64,000 nt of DNA from a bacterium (GTDB taxonomy: Bacteria; Patescibacteriota; Microgenomatia; Daviesbacterales; UBA10151), in assembly GCA_021786105.1 (NCBI GenBank), contig JAJYNW010000018.1, positions 5,241 through 69,240 of the forward strand, written 5' to 3'. Under the pieces are notes generated by a model. It was not told the DNA's origin and ran no database searches. It saw nothing but the letters and a program-made list of their open reading frames with translations. Shown in pieces: positions 18,818 to 28,623 of this stretch; positions within the stretch are counted from its first letter, which is position 1; each line of letters opens with the position of its first letter. Both the position numbers and the translations under genes were made by a program.

Positions 18818-20789
18818 GTTCCTCCTTCTTTTCAAAATTACCAAATAACAACTCATTCCGACGGGTATAGTGAGTTCTAACTTTTCCCTGTTTCAGATGT
18901 ATTCCAGTAGCATCATAGCGGTCACAGCGCGAACCATAATACAATCTATGCCCGCCTTCAGTAGTCATCATACTGATAACACACAGATTTTCACAATGAT
19001 GGCAGGTAAAATTTGTTAATTTGTAACTGGCTTCCGCTAGCTGAGAAAAGCCTTTAAATTGTGATAATTTATCTGCCGGCTGCTCTTCCAAAGCTAATAG
19101 CGCGGCGCCAATCGCCCCTGTCACCTCTTTATGCACAGGAACGACGAAAGTTTTATCCGGATATTCGGCCCGGAAAGCCGACACTGCCGCCTCGTTGTAA
19201 AAAACGGCTCCTGTCAGGACAATGTGATTACCCACTCTGCGCATACCTACTACTTTAGAACGATAGTTCTTAGCAAGCGAGATAGACAAACTGGATACGA
19301 TCTTCTCAAGGGATGCTCCAGCATGTTGAGCCGCAGTTACCGCCTGACTCATAAAGGCTGCGCACTTCTCCCCAAGATCCAGCTGCTCCTCTGCATCAAA
19401 GGCTTTACGAGCAAATTCCCCGTTTCTGGTAGAAACTCCCAGCTGTTCGGACAACTCATCAATAAAACTGCCAGTACCGGCAGCGCAAGCTTTGTTCATC
19501 TGGTACTCCAAAACCACGCCGTTCTCCAAATAGACATACTTGGAATCCTGACCACCCATCTCAAAAATCGTATTTACCTGGGGATCAATGTTGAGAGCGG
19601 CTCTAGTTTGGGCAGTAATCTCATCTCTGATTAAATCAGCACCAATAAAGTTGCCGACCAGATAACGGCCCGAACCGGTTACCCCGACAGCCTTCACCAT
19701 TACCCTACCTTCAACCATTGGCACTAAATTAGCCATCACCTGTTTGATTGCCTCCAAAGGCTGACCAGCTGTCATCAAATATGTTTTAGCCAGCACCTCG
19801 CCGCCAGGAGTAATTACCGCCGCCTTAGTACTAGTCGAGCCAACATCTACTCCCAAACCCACCTCTCTTATTTCTGGACCTAATTCAATCGGTTTCCAGC
19901 CATCTGGCAAAATCTCCGGCTTTAATTGACATGGAACATAAGTTAATTCATTATTACTCTGCCGGAGCGGAGAAAATTCCTTTGGACTACATGACTCGTT
20001 TCGGGCTAACAAAGCAGCACCAATCGCCCCGCGACTGGCATGCTGGGACGGTACTATCACTTGTTCGCCTAAAACACCAGAGAAAGCCCGCACCACCCCC
20101 TGGTTTCCGGCGACACCTCCAATAAGAATTACTGGTGACTCAAAGGTGCCTTTCCATTGCGCCCTTACCATCCTAGCCACGCTATCGGAAAGCCCGGCCA
20201 GCATCGCTGGTATAGGTGTGCCTTTTTGTTGAAGATGAATCAGATCCGATTTGGCAAACACAGAACAACGGGCAGCGATTCGGGGTGGGTCCTCTGTCCA
20301 CTCCAGAGCTTTTGACCCAAATTCCTCAATGGATATGCCCAAACGCGAAGCCTGCTGCTCCAAAAACCGGCCGGTGCCTGCAGCACATAAAGACGAACGG
20401 GCAACTCGCCAAGGTTTATTAAGTCGGTCTTCTAAACCAATCACTAAAGAGGTTTGGCCGCCAACTTCAACAATTGTTTTGGGGTTAGGATGATCCAACA
20501 ACACTCCAACGATTGCGGCGTAAGGAGAACTGAAAATCTGCCACCCTTCCTGATCTTCGTAAATCCTACGTCCTGAACCAGTTACTCCGGCACTCACGAT
20601 TCGATCCAAAGACACATAAGTCTGGACCCGCTCCCATAAGGCTTTTGTAGCTGCAACCGGCCCTTCTTGGATACGTTCGCAATCTAGATAGATTGGTTGG
20701 CCTGATTTATCTACCAAGGCGACTCGGGCATTTACCGAACCAATATCTAATCCTGCAAATAAAGGACCTCCATCTGATTGTTCGATCAT
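18798..20789 (-). CDS. CoA-substrate-specific enzyme activase (tandem BadF/BadG/BcrA/BcrD-type ATPase domains, HgdC-like) with a C-terminal Cys-rich motif
   Basis: Two acetate/sugar-kinase-fold ATPase repeats (GLDIGSVNARVAL... and GVDVGSTSTKAAV...) and a C-terminal CHHCENLC...CDRYD motif. Confidence 0.75.
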   Translation of the reverse strand: MIEQSDGGPLFAGLDIGSVNARVALVDKSGQPIYLDCERIQEGPVAATKALWERVQTYVSLDRIVSAGVTGSGRRIYEDQEGWQIFSSPYAAIVGVLLDHPNPKTIVEVGGQTSLVIGLEDRLNKPWRVARSSLCAAGTGRFLEQQASRLGISIEEFGSKALEWTEDPPRIAARCSVFAKSDLIHLQQKGTPIPAMLAGLSDSVARMVRAQWKGTFESPVILIGGVAGNQGVVRAFSGVLGEQVIVPSQHASRGAIGAALLARNESCSPKEFSPLRQSNNELTYVPCQLKPEILPDGWKPIELGPEIREVGLGVDVGSTSTKAAVITPGGEVLAKTYLMTAGQPLEAIKQVMANLVPMVEGRVMVKAVGVTGSGRYLVGNFIGADLIRDEITAQTRAALNIDPQVNTIFEMGGQDSKYVYLENGVVLEYQMNKACAAGTGSFIDELSEQLGVSTRNGEFARKAFDAEEQLDLGEKCAAFMSQAVTAAQHAGASLEKIVSSLSISLAKNYRSKVVGMRRVGNHIVLTGAVFYNEAAVSAFRAEYPDKTFVVPVHKEVTGAIGAALLALEEQPADKLSQFKGFSQLAEASYKLTNFTCHHCENLCVISMMTTEGGHRLYYGSRCDRYDATGIHLKQGKVRTHYTRRNELLFGNFEKKEEHAQTRN

Positions 20790-20851
20790 TTTTTAAGCTT
20801 TTTATTTAGTCAGGAAATATTTAATCTGGATTATACCGGGATTATTACAAT

Positions 20852-21496
20852 TTATTCAAGGCTGAGGAATTTATTAACCAGCAAAAACTCTGCCTGGGGT
20901 TTTTCTAGTTTTCCTGATTTAATTTTGAAATCAATCTCTAAAACCTCTTTATAAAGACTGGCAATTTTTTCCATAGGAAAGTTTTTTCTTTGCCTTTGCA
21001 GTTTATCTTTAACAAATTGCGGGGCATTTTTGGGAGTTACTGCCAAATTCCTTAACAGGTAAAAAACCATGGTCAGACAATAATGAATATCAAAACCGGC
21101 CAGTTTTAATTTTTCCAGCTCCACAAAAGCTTTTTGATCTCCAGCTGCCAATAAATCTAAAAACGGAAAAACCGATACCTCTCTACCTTCCGGAAAAAGC
21201 AAAGCTTCAAATCCTGGCCATTTTTTGGGATCAACTTCCCGATCAAACCATAAAATTAGGGTATAGGGTGTAGAGTGTAGGGTGTAGTTAGCAAATTCAG
21301 TGGGAGGGTTTTCTAAAATTACTAATTGCTGATCCTCAAATAGTGATTGGGCAGACAAACCAGTTTTGATGGTTGATAAATCAGTCCCTTCTTCGTAGAC
21401 CACTACATTATTGGGGTCAAATTTTTGCTTTAAATCTATCAGTTTTTTTCTTGAGGCAACTTTAGCGGGTCCGTGCAGCAGCAGTGGCTTCATCAT
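20852..21496 (-). CDS. Short DNA polymerase III delta subunit (HolA)-like protein
   Basis: N-terminus PLLLHGPAKVASRKKL...LSAQSLFEDQQLVILENPP resembles the HolA N-domain. This is a weak call. Confidence 0.35.
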   Translation of the reverse strand: MMKPLLLHGPAKVASRKKLIDLKQKFDPNNVVVYEEGTDLSTIKTGLSAQSLFEDQQLVILENPPTEFANYTLHSTPYTLILWFDREVDPKKWPGFEALLFPEGREVSVFPFLDLLAAGDQKAFVELEKLKLAGFDIHYCLTMVFYLLRNLAVTPKNAPQFVKDKLQRQRKNFPMEKIASLYKEVLEIDFKIKSGKLEKPQAEFLLVNKFLSLE

Positions 21497-22697
21497 TTAT
21501 CAGTTCTCCTGTGAGTATCTTTTTAACATATCCCTGGATGGTAGAAAAGTCATCATCTAAAGACACCAGTACATAAGCCCCGCCATAATCACCCCGGGGC
21601 GGATTAACCAATAGTGATTGCCGGTTATTTGGCAAACCGGTTTTTGGAGAATCGTCCAGCACAAAAGTATCCATCTTACCGGCTTTACGGGATAATTTGA
21701 AAAACTCAATCACGTCCTGAACTGAAATATCCGTATCAATACTACGGCCAAAAGTATTTAACAACTCCGAAATTTTACCTGGACTAGTTAGCGTTTCCCA
21801 GGACAATACCTTCTCCTTAATGGCAGTTATCACCTTCTCCTGCCTTTTAGACCTGGCAAAATCAGACGATTCCCAATTAGTACCATGCCTCGACCGGACA
21901 AATTTTAAGGCAGTTTCCCCATCCAGATGAAGCGGGCCTTTATCAAAGCGGAGATGTTCATACCGGCAGGTGAAATATTTGGCGCCCATATCCTCCTGGG
22001 CTGAATCTGTGGCTATGCTGCCGTCGGGGGCAAAAAAGAATTTTCTTTTGCCGGGCTGAACGCCCATTTGTTTGGCCTGATCGTCTGAAACATCAATCTC
22101 TTTCTCGGTATAACCGCATAGATCATTTTCCTTACCCTCAATAGGATAGTTGTAATCATCAAAAGTTTTATCCACCGTAATATCCAACCCGCCCAAGGTG
22201 TCAACAACTCGGACAAACCCCTGAAAATCAATCCTTAAAGCATAATGTATGGGCAAACCTAAAATGTTGCCAATAGCAGTTTTGGTTAATCCCAAGCCAT
22301 TATTTTGCGACAGGCCCATTTGATAAACCCCGTTGACTTTAGTTTGCAAAGACGGCAGCCATAAATCTCTGGGGATAGAAATCAGATTAATTTGGTTAGT
22401 CTTCAGATTATAGGAAGCTACCATTATGGTATCAGTCAAATTTGGCCCATCATGATCACCCCCGCCTATCCCCAACAGCAATATATTAACCCGGTCATTA
22501 GTAGATTTTAAGGAAGTTCCGGAAAGAATGTGAGTAACATAAGAACTGGTACCGGACCGGGTCACCAGAAAAAAAGCAAACGATATCAAAACACCAACCA
22601 CCAACAGCAGGAGGCTTAATTTTTTAAAAATATTTTTGGCGCGTTTCTCTTTGGAGGAATTTTCTCTCCCGAGTCTTACAAGTCTTAAATTCTTCAC
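21462..22697 (-). CDS. LytR/CpsA/Psr (LCP) family cell-envelope phosphotransferase
   Basis: N-terminal TM plus an LCP core (RVNILLLGIGGGDHDGPNLTDTIMVASYN...ISIPRDLW). Confidence 0.8.
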   Translation of the reverse strand: MKNLRLVRLGRENSSKEKRAKNIFKKLSLLLLVVGVLISFAFFLVTRSGTSSYVTHILSGTSLKSTNDRVNILLLGIGGGDHDGPNLTDTIMVASYNLKTNQINLISIPRDLWLPSLQTKVNGVYQMGLSQNNGLGLTKTAIGNILGLPIHYALRIDFQGFVRVVDTLGGLDITVDKTFDDYNYPIEGKENDLCGYTEKEIDVSDDQAKQMGVQPGKRKFFFAPDGSIATDSAQEDMGAKYFTCRYEHLRFDKGPLHLDGETALKFVRSRHGTNWESSDFARSKRQEKVITAIKEKVLSWETLTSPGKISELLNTFGRSIDTDISVQDVIEFFKLSRKAGKMDTFVLDDSPKTGLPNNRQSLLVNPPRGDYGGAYVLVSLDDDFSTIQGYVKKILTGELINDEATAAARTR

Positions 22698-23375
22698 CTA
22701 AATCTTCTCCGAAACTTGCTGGCAGATCTTCACAAACCCTTCCGCATCTAAAGAAGCTTTACCGATTAATACTCCGCTGATATTTGGCTGGCTGACAAAA
22801 GCTGAAACATTATCGGCAGTCACACTGCCACCGTATAAAACTTCCAGACCTGAACCATTTTTTTCTTTTAAACTCTCAGCCACTTGATTAGCGTTTTCTG
22901 AAGTATCCGGGTTTCCAGTACCGATGGCAAATACCGGCTCATATGCTATTAATTTACAACCCTGGGGAACCGGAGTCTCCGCACTTTGGACACATACTAA
23001 TGGAGTGATATTATTTACCAAAGCCTGTTCGACTTTTTTGGCAACCATCTCGTCAGTTTCGCCAAAATTTTGCCGGCGCTCAGAATGGCCCAAAATCGCC
23101 AGGTTAATCAGTTGATTCAAAATTGGGGCCGACTCTTCGCCGGTATAAGCACCCGTTCCAAATGGCGATAAATTCTGCGATCCTACCATAATAGGAAAAT
23201 TACCTACCGTGATAGTTTTTTTGACCTCCGATAAATCAGTAAAGGTGGGACAAACTACCACCTTTAAATTATCATCTTTAGAAATATGCGGTCCAACTTG
23301 TGAAATCCACTCCAAAGCTTCACTGATATTTTTGTTAGATTTCCAGTTAGCAATAATCCAAATAGTTTTATTCAT
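22698..23375 (-). CDS. tpiA: Triosephosphate isomerase
   Basis: IIANWKSN, GHSERR and AYEPVFAIGTG motifs. Confidence 0.92.
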   Translation of the reverse strand: MNKTIWIIANWKSNKNISEALEWISQVGPHISKDDNLKVVVCPTFTDLSEVKKTITVGNFPIMVGSQNLSPFGTGAYTGEESAPILNQLINLAILGHSERRQNFGETDEMVAKKVEQALVNNITPLVCVQSAETPVPQGCKLIAYEPVFAIGTGNPDTSENANQVAESLKEKNGSGLEVLYGGSVTADNVSAFVSQPNISGVLIGKASLDAEGFVKICQQVSEKI

Positions 23376-23566
23376 AATTAATATTTAAGGTGGCAAAGTC
23401 ACAAAGTACAAAAGCAATTAGAAAGTTTTGTGTGCAGATACTAGTCACAAAACTTTCCTATAGCGAGACTAGAGAATTAACTTAATGTTTCAGCTTCCAC
23501 TAGTCAAGCGGTGCTTTTTACTGTGACGAGCCACTTATTTTCTGCGACCACGGCGAGCTGATTTAT

Positions 23567-23866
23567 TCAACCAAACCAGCCATACTTTTCCAAGTTTATC
23601 ATGAAATCCTTACTTACTTCTATGCCCTCTTGCTCAAGCAGTGCCTTCTGGAGATTCCTGGAGTGCTCTAGACATTTGGTGGAAATAAAACCATGGCGGT
23701 TGACTACCCGGTGCCAAGGAAGGCTTTCCATATTAAAATGTAAGACACCTCCCACAAACAAACCTCCTTGGGGAAACCCGGTTAAGGCCGCCACTGTTCC
23801 ATAAGTGGTAACACGACCAGCGGGAATTTGTGCAACAATTTTGAGAACTTTATCTTTAAAATTCAA
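23567..23866 (-). CDS. Alkyltransferase-like protein (MGMT/Ogt DNA-binding domain with PWHRVV in place of the active-site PCHRV)
   Basis: The MGMT C-terminal domain is present, but the catalytic Cys is replaced by Trp, which is the ATL hallmark. Confidence 0.7.
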   Translation of the reverse strand: MNFKDKVLKIVAQIPAGRVTTYGTVAALTGFPQGGLFVGGVLHFNMESLPWHRVVNRHGFISTKCLEHSRNLQKALLEQEGIEVSKDFMINLEKYGWFG

Positions 23867-24120
23867 CTTTGAAGTAATTTTAATAAATCTTCTTTCGAGG
23901 TCACACCAATTTTCCTGCCGACTTCTTTTCCATCTTTTAAAACAACATAGGTAGGAATACTCATCACACCATATCTGGCCGCTTCTTCTGCTTTTTCATC
24001 CACATTAATCTTTTCTATTTCCACCTTGCCAGCCAGCTCTTTTTCCAGCTCTTCGATCACCGGGTTCATCATTTGGCAGGGACCGCACCAGGGCGCCCAA
24101 AAATCTAAAAGTTTGGTCAT
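23863..24120 (-). CDS. trxA: Thioredoxin
   Basis: WCGPC active site; 85 aa. Confidence 0.85.
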   Translation of the reverse strand: MTKLLDFWAPWCGPCQMMNPVIEELEKELAGKVEIEKINVDEKAEEAARYGVMSIPTYVVLKDGKEVGRKIGVTSKEDLLKLLQS

Positions 24121-24233
24121 AAGGAATAAAATAATACCACTACCAAAAATTTTGTAAAGACTTAAAAGCCGGTTCGTATCGTTTTCTTACTTTCAAAGTT
24201 AACAAACTACTTTTGAAAACAATTAGCTAAAAT

Positions 24234-24611
24234 TTACGATTTAATGATACCAAGCTGTATTAGTGCAATCATAAATATTAATTCCACACCAATAATGATA
24301 AAAGAATATTTATTTGCTTGGCTAGCCTTCTTTTGGAATTGATTTTTCCAGCAATAATAATAAAACGCTCCTGCTATTGCCGGATTCAGTGCTTCTGTAA
24401 CTATTACCTGTATTTTTTCATTTCCACTTAAAGCAACATTACCCTGTCTAGAATTTTCAACCCTTTTAATCAAGTAGAGTACGTATACTAAAATTAGCAA
24501 AAATATTACATTTGCATTTAAATAGTTCTTAGCCAAAAAATTAATCAAAAGAAATGGCAAATTTAAAATAGCTATTAGAGTAAAGACAATATATCTTTTA
24601 ATCATTTTCAC
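24234..24611 (-). CDS. Hypothetical membrane protein (125 aa)
   Basis: Hydrophobic ORF with no recognisable domain. Confidence 0.35.
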   Translation of the reverse strand: MKMIKRYIVFTLIAILNLPFLLINFLAKNYLNANVIFLLILVYVLYLIKRVENSRQGNVALSGNEKIQVIVTEALNPAIAGAFYYYCWKNQFQKKASQANKYSFIIIGVELIFMIALIQLGIIKS

Positions 24612-24660
24612 CTCTTTTCTGGGAAAAGGATATAAAATTATAGTAACACATTTCTACAGC

Positions 24661-25092
24661 CTAAAAGGTAATTGCATTTGAAGACAATACAACGCTTAAC
24701 CCTAAAAGAGTTATTACAAGTATTTCAAGAATTGATACTCTCAGTACTCCTAACCGTTTATTCCAATCAAATTTCGGGAAGAATGCAGATACAAAATTGA
24801 CAATTCCAAAAACTAAGGCTACCCATCCATAAGCAGTGAATATATTTCCAAGCTTTTGTTGTAATACCAGTAGCCCTTGAGACACCAGAAAAATCCCGTC
24901 TACTAACCACTGCGCTCTATCTTTAAATAGTGGATTTTGTTTAATATGTGCCAAAATCGGCGTCTCTCTTTGCATAGATACATATACACCAGGAGTCATC
25001 TTTCCAGTTTGGAGAGCAAAAAGATTTAATATATAACCGATTGGAGTCAAATATAATAGCGTCAGCAAAACTTGCTGAGCAAAACGCTTCAT
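24661..25092 (-). CDS. Hypothetical membrane protein (start moved to the ATG at 25092, MKRFAQQ...)
   Basis: About 4 TM helices. The ORF-track start is a TTG. Confidence 0.4.
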   Translation of the reverse strand: MKRFAQQVLLTLLYLTPIGYILNLFALQTGKMTPGVYVSMQRETPILAHIKQNPLFKDRAQWLVDGIFLVSQGLLVLQQKLGNIFTAYGWVALVFGIVNFVSAFFPKFDWNKRLGVLRVSILEILVITLLGLSVVLSSNAITF

Positions 25093-25151
25093 ACCACCAT
25101 TGTAACAAATCAACCAATTTCTGATTTAAATATGCTAATATATCCTCCGCT

Positions 25152-27053
25152 ATGCCCAACCTCTTAGATGATCTCAACCCCCAACAACAAGAAGCTGTTA
25201 AATCTACTGAGGGCCCATGTTTGATTTTGGCTGGAGCTGGTTCCGGCAAAACCCGTGTTTTAACCTACCGGGTGGTTTATTTAATTTCCGAGAAAAAAGT
25301 TCCGCCGGAAAATATTTTAGTTTTGACTTTTACCAATAAAGCCGCCGGTGAAATGATGGAAAGAATCAGAAAACTAATCTCTCATGATCCAAATACAATT
25401 GGTCACGAACCGATGATGGGAACATTTCATTCATTTTGCGCCAAAATCTTACGCCGGGAAGGCAAAGTTTTAGGCTTGCCGCCTGGTTTTGCCATTTACG
25501 ATGAGGGCGACGCTTTGGATGCAATCAAAGAAGCTATGGGTAATTTAAATATTCCCACCCAAAAAACTTCTCCCTACGCTGTCAGACATACTATTTCCGG
25601 GGCCAAAAACGAATTGATCTCCTCTTTGGAATATCCGCAATATGCCCGGGGTTATTTTCAGGAAATTGTGGCCAAAATCTATCTGGAATACCAAAATATT
25701 TTAGAAAGAAATCATGCTCTGGATTTTGATGATTTATTACTATATACGATTAAATTATTTAAAACAGACCCGGCAATCCTAACCAGGTACCAAATCCAAT
25801 TTCAATACATTCTAATTGATGAATACCAGGACACCAACCCGGCCCAGTATTTAATTTCCAAATTTTTGGCCAACCGCCACAAAAATATTTGTGTAGTGGG
25901 TGATGCCTCCCAATCAATTTATTCTTTCCGCGGGGCAGATTTTCGCAACATTGTTAATTTTCAGAAAGATTATCAGGGAGCCAAAGTTTTTAATTTAGAA
26001 CAAAATTACCGTTCCACTCAAAATATTTTGGATGCAGCCCATGCAGTCATCTCCAAAAACCGGTCCCACCCTATTTTAAAACTCTGGACCGATAAAGACG
26101 GCGGCGAAAAAATCGAGGTAGTGGAAGTCAGAAACGAAGTCGAAGAAGCTCTTTTTATAATCTCCAAAATAACTGGGCAGGAGCAAGTGAGCGGGATTGC
26201 CGACCGAAATACTGTTCTGTCCAATTTTGCCATTCTTTACCGCACCAATGCCCAATCCCGGTCTCTGGAAGAACAATTCTTAAAAGCCGGCATCCCCTAC
26301 AAATTGGTCGGCGGCGTCAGTTTTTACGAAAGAAAGGAAATCAAAGATGTCCTGGCCTATTTGCGCTTACTGCAAAATCCCAAAGATTCGGTTTCATTAA
26401 AAAGGGCTGAAAAAATCGGTAAAGGCAGACTGGCTAAAGTAATGGAGCTGGTTGCCGAAATTTCCCCACAACTGGAAAAATATGCCACTTTAGATTTACT
26501 GGACCGAATTTTGCAAAAAACCGGCTATTTGGCTTACATTGACGACAATACGGAAATCGGTAAAGCCCGGGTAGAAAATGTCAAAGAACTGCGTTCAGTG
26601 GCAGAAGAATTTCCTAATTTGGTGGAATTTTTGGAAAATGTGGCTTTGGTGGAAGCTTCCGACTCGCCGAAACACCGACACACTGATACACTGACCAATG
26701 ATGCCGTCACCTTAATGACACTGCATTCTGCTAAAGGCTTAGAATTTCCGACCGTATTTATGGTAGGAATGGAAGAAGGCTTGTTTCCTCATTCTAGATC
26801 CATGCTGGATATGCGGGAACTGGAAGAAGAAAGGCGATTGTGTTATGTCGGCATTACCCGAGCCAAGGAAAAATTATATTTAACATATGCTAGACAAAGG
26901 TTGTATTTTGGTCAAAGAAGTAATAACTTAGTATCCAGATTTTTAACTGATATACCGGAAAGCTTAATTACCAGTAATATTAGTTACAAAGATGAAAATA
27001 GTTTTAATGATAAACTTATGGATGCTGATGAGGAAGATTGGCTGAATGCCTAA
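25152..27053 (+). CDS. pcrA: ATP-dependent DNA helicase PcrA/UvrD
   Basis: All SF1 motifs are present: AGAGSGKT, TFTNKAA, DEYQDTN and VGITRAKEKLYLT. Confidence 0.9.
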   Translation: MPNLLDDLNPQQQEAVKSTEGPCLILAGAGSGKTRVLTYRVVYLISEKKVPPENILVLTFTNKAAGEMMERIRKLISHDPNTIGHEPMMGTFHSFCAKILRREGKVLGLPPGFAIYDEGDALDAIKEAMGNLNIPTQKTSPYAVRHTISGAKNELISSLEYPQYARGYFQEIVAKIYLEYQNILERNHALDFDDLLLYTIKLFKTDPAILTRYQIQFQYILIDEYQDTNPAQYLISKFLANRHKNICVVGDASQSIYSFRGADFRNIVNFQKDYQGAKVFNLEQNYRSTQNILDAAHAVISKNRSHPILKLWTDKDGGEKIEVVEVRNEVEEALFIISKITGQEQVSGIADRNTVLSNFAILYRTNAQSRSLEEQFLKAGIPYKLVGGVSFYERKEIKDVLAYLRLLQNPKDSVSLKRAEKIGKGRLAKVMELVAEISPQLEKYATLDLLDRILQKTGYLAYIDDNTEIGKARVENVKELRSVAEEFPNLVEFLENVALVEASDSPKHRHTDTLTNDAVTLMTLHSAKGLEFPTVFMVGMEEGLFPHSRSMLDMRELEEERRLCYVGITRAKEKLYLTYARQRLYFGQRSNNLVSRFLTDIPESLITSNISYKDENSFNDKLMDADEEDWLNA

Positions 27054-27056
27054 GTC

Positions 27057-27755
27057 ATGATGGAAAAATATTTAGGCATTCTTTTAATCATTGTCCTAAC
27101 CATATTTGCCAAAAGCGTATGGCGGGCACCGGCTGTTTTAGGAGAATCTACTCCTTCTTTGCAGGAAACCCTGCCGGTTAATCAACCCGTTCACACTGAA
27201 TCCTCTTTTACGGAAAAACTGCAGGAAGAAACTGAGGTTTTACCTAAAAAAACCGTTTATGAAGATGATCCGGAAACAGAGGCCGGTGAAGAAAAAGTGT
27301 TAGAGGAAGGCACAGATGGCAAGAAAACCAAGATTTACAAAATCACCTATTCCAAAGACGGCGAAGAATACGACCGGGATTTGGTATCAGTAGAAACCAC
27401 GCCAGCCAAAGATAAAAAAATCTCCCGCGGCACTAAAATTGTCTGGAGAACTTTGGATACACCCGATGGATCTATTCAATATTGGAAAAAAATGCGGGTT
27501 TACGCCACTCACTATGATTCCCATTGTCCGGGTTGTGATGAATGGACGGCCATCGGCATGAGGCAAGGCAAAGGCGTAATCGCCGTTGACCCAAAAGTTA
27601 TCAAGCTCCGTTCTAAAGTTTACATTCCCGACTATGGCATGGCAGTAGCCGGTGATACCGGCGGGGCCATTAAAGGCAATATTATTGATCTTGGCTTTGA
27701 AGATGCCAAAACAGCTGGTTGGAGTGCGCACTTTGTGGATATCTACCTTTTGTAA
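27057..27755 (+). CDS. G5 + 3D domain cell-wall protein (YabE/YocH-like)
   Basis: N-terminal TM, a G5-like region, and a 3D domain (DTGGAIKGNIIDL). Confidence 0.7.
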   Translation: MMEKYLGILLIIVLTIFAKSVWRAPAVLGESTPSLQETLPVNQPVHTESSFTEKLQEETEVLPKKTVYEDDPETEAGEEKVLEEGTDGKKTKIYKITYSKDGEEYDRDLVSVETTPAKDKKISRGTKIVWRTLDTPDGSIQYWKKMRVYATHYDSHCPGCDEWTAIGMRQGKGVIAVDPKVIKLRSKVYIPDYGMAVAGDTGGAIKGNIIDLGFEDAKTAGWSAHFVDIYLL

Positions 27756-27764
27756 AACAAAAAG

Positions 27765-27909
27765 CAAGCTCTGCTTAATTCCGAGTCTTCGAGGAATCAA
27801 GCTCTGCTTAATTCCGAGTCTTCGAGGAATCAAGCTCTGCTTAATTCCGAGTCTTCGAGGAATCAAGCTCTGCTTAATTCCGAGTCTTCGAGGAATCAAG
27901 CTCTGCTTA
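27765..27909. repeat. Tandem array: 33-bp unit CAAGCTCTGCTTAATTCCGAGTCTTCGAGGAAT x4 plus a 13-bp partial copy; each unit carries the ATTCC...GGAAT hairpin of the palindromic element family
   Basis: Perfect copies at 27765, 27798, 27831 and 27864, with a partial copy at 27897-27909. They fill the whole intergenic space between two convergent stop codons. There are no unique spacers, so this is not a CRISPR array. Confidence 0.95.
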
Positions 27910-27910
27910 T

Positions 27911-28558
27911 TTATTGTAAAAACTTAAAGCCGGATAAGATTTTCTCCCCGTTCTCCCCGATGATCCTCAAAAGATACATCCGGCCTTGATTTGATAAATA
28001 TAGGTATTTTGGCGAACCGGGCTGATATAACACAATTTTATATTTGGTAGTTTGACCGGCAACGACGACTTCTTCATCAGGAGTGACATGCCCTTTTGAA
28101 GCCCAGTCAAACACCCCCCAAAGAAAAGGGTAATACCAATATTTATCAAACCATTTATCAGCAATCAAATTATCCGGATTATCAAATACCCATACAGAAA
28201 AGGGATTGTTGTCATAATTCTGATCTTTTCCTAAAACCACCACAACTCCCGCAACTTTACCCGGCTCGTATTGCACATAGTTGGCAAAATTCCGTCTAAA
28301 ATTCCCACCACCTCTTTTGCTGTATTCCTCCTCCGAGTCTTCTTTCACCTGAAAATCTTTTGGATATTGGAATGCTAAGCCCAAGTTGTTGTCATTGTAA
28401 GTTTGGATTTGCAGAGTTTGCACCGGAGTTTTCCAAATTTTTGGTACGGCTAAAACTGAAGGTGAAGGTTTTATTAAACCTAGAAAGAGCAGACTAATCA
28501 AACCGACAATAATCAGTACAATAATCACAAGAAAAAGAGTGGCAGTACCCTTTTGCAT
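27911..28558 (-). CDS. Membrane-anchored secreted hypothetical protein (paralogue of the 4935-5545 product)
   Basis: Start placed at the ATG at 28558 (MQKGTATLFLVIIVLIIVG) and followed by a signal anchor. Shares the WKTP..FQYPKDF motif with the 4935 protein. Confidence 0.5.
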   Translation of the reverse strand: MQKGTATLFLVIIVLIIVGLISLLFLGLIKPSPSVLAVPKIWKTPVQTLQIQTYNDNNLGLAFQYPKDFQVKEDSEEEYSKRGGGNFRRNFANYVQYEPGKVAGVVVVLGKDQNYDNNPFSVWVFDNPDNLIADKWFDKYWYYPFLWGVFDWASKGHVTPDEEVVVAGQTTKYKIVLYQPGSPKYLYLSNQGRMYLLRIIGENGEKILSGFKFLQ

Positions 28559-28623
28559 GATAACTCCATCATAGCATAAATTCACTCTTGCCAAGATGCA
28601 ACCAGTTCTGTTATTATCGGTCA

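Noticed and set aside
24941-25249. 102-aa ORF on the - strand overlapping the pcrA start and the upstream membrane gene
   Set aside because: It overlaps two better-supported genes and has no motif.
27765-27909. Possible CRISPR array (regular 33-bp repeats)
   Set aside because: The units are perfectly contiguous with no unique spacers, no cas genes are nearby, and the repeat belongs to the palindromic element family. It is a tandem minisatellite.
27387-27927. ORFs 27387..27899 (-) and 27652..27927 (+) encoding repetitive peptides (PRRLGIKQSLI... / LIPSLRGIKLC...)
   Set aside because: Both are read-through translations of the 33-bp tandem array and overlap the real 3D-domain gene. They are artefacts.
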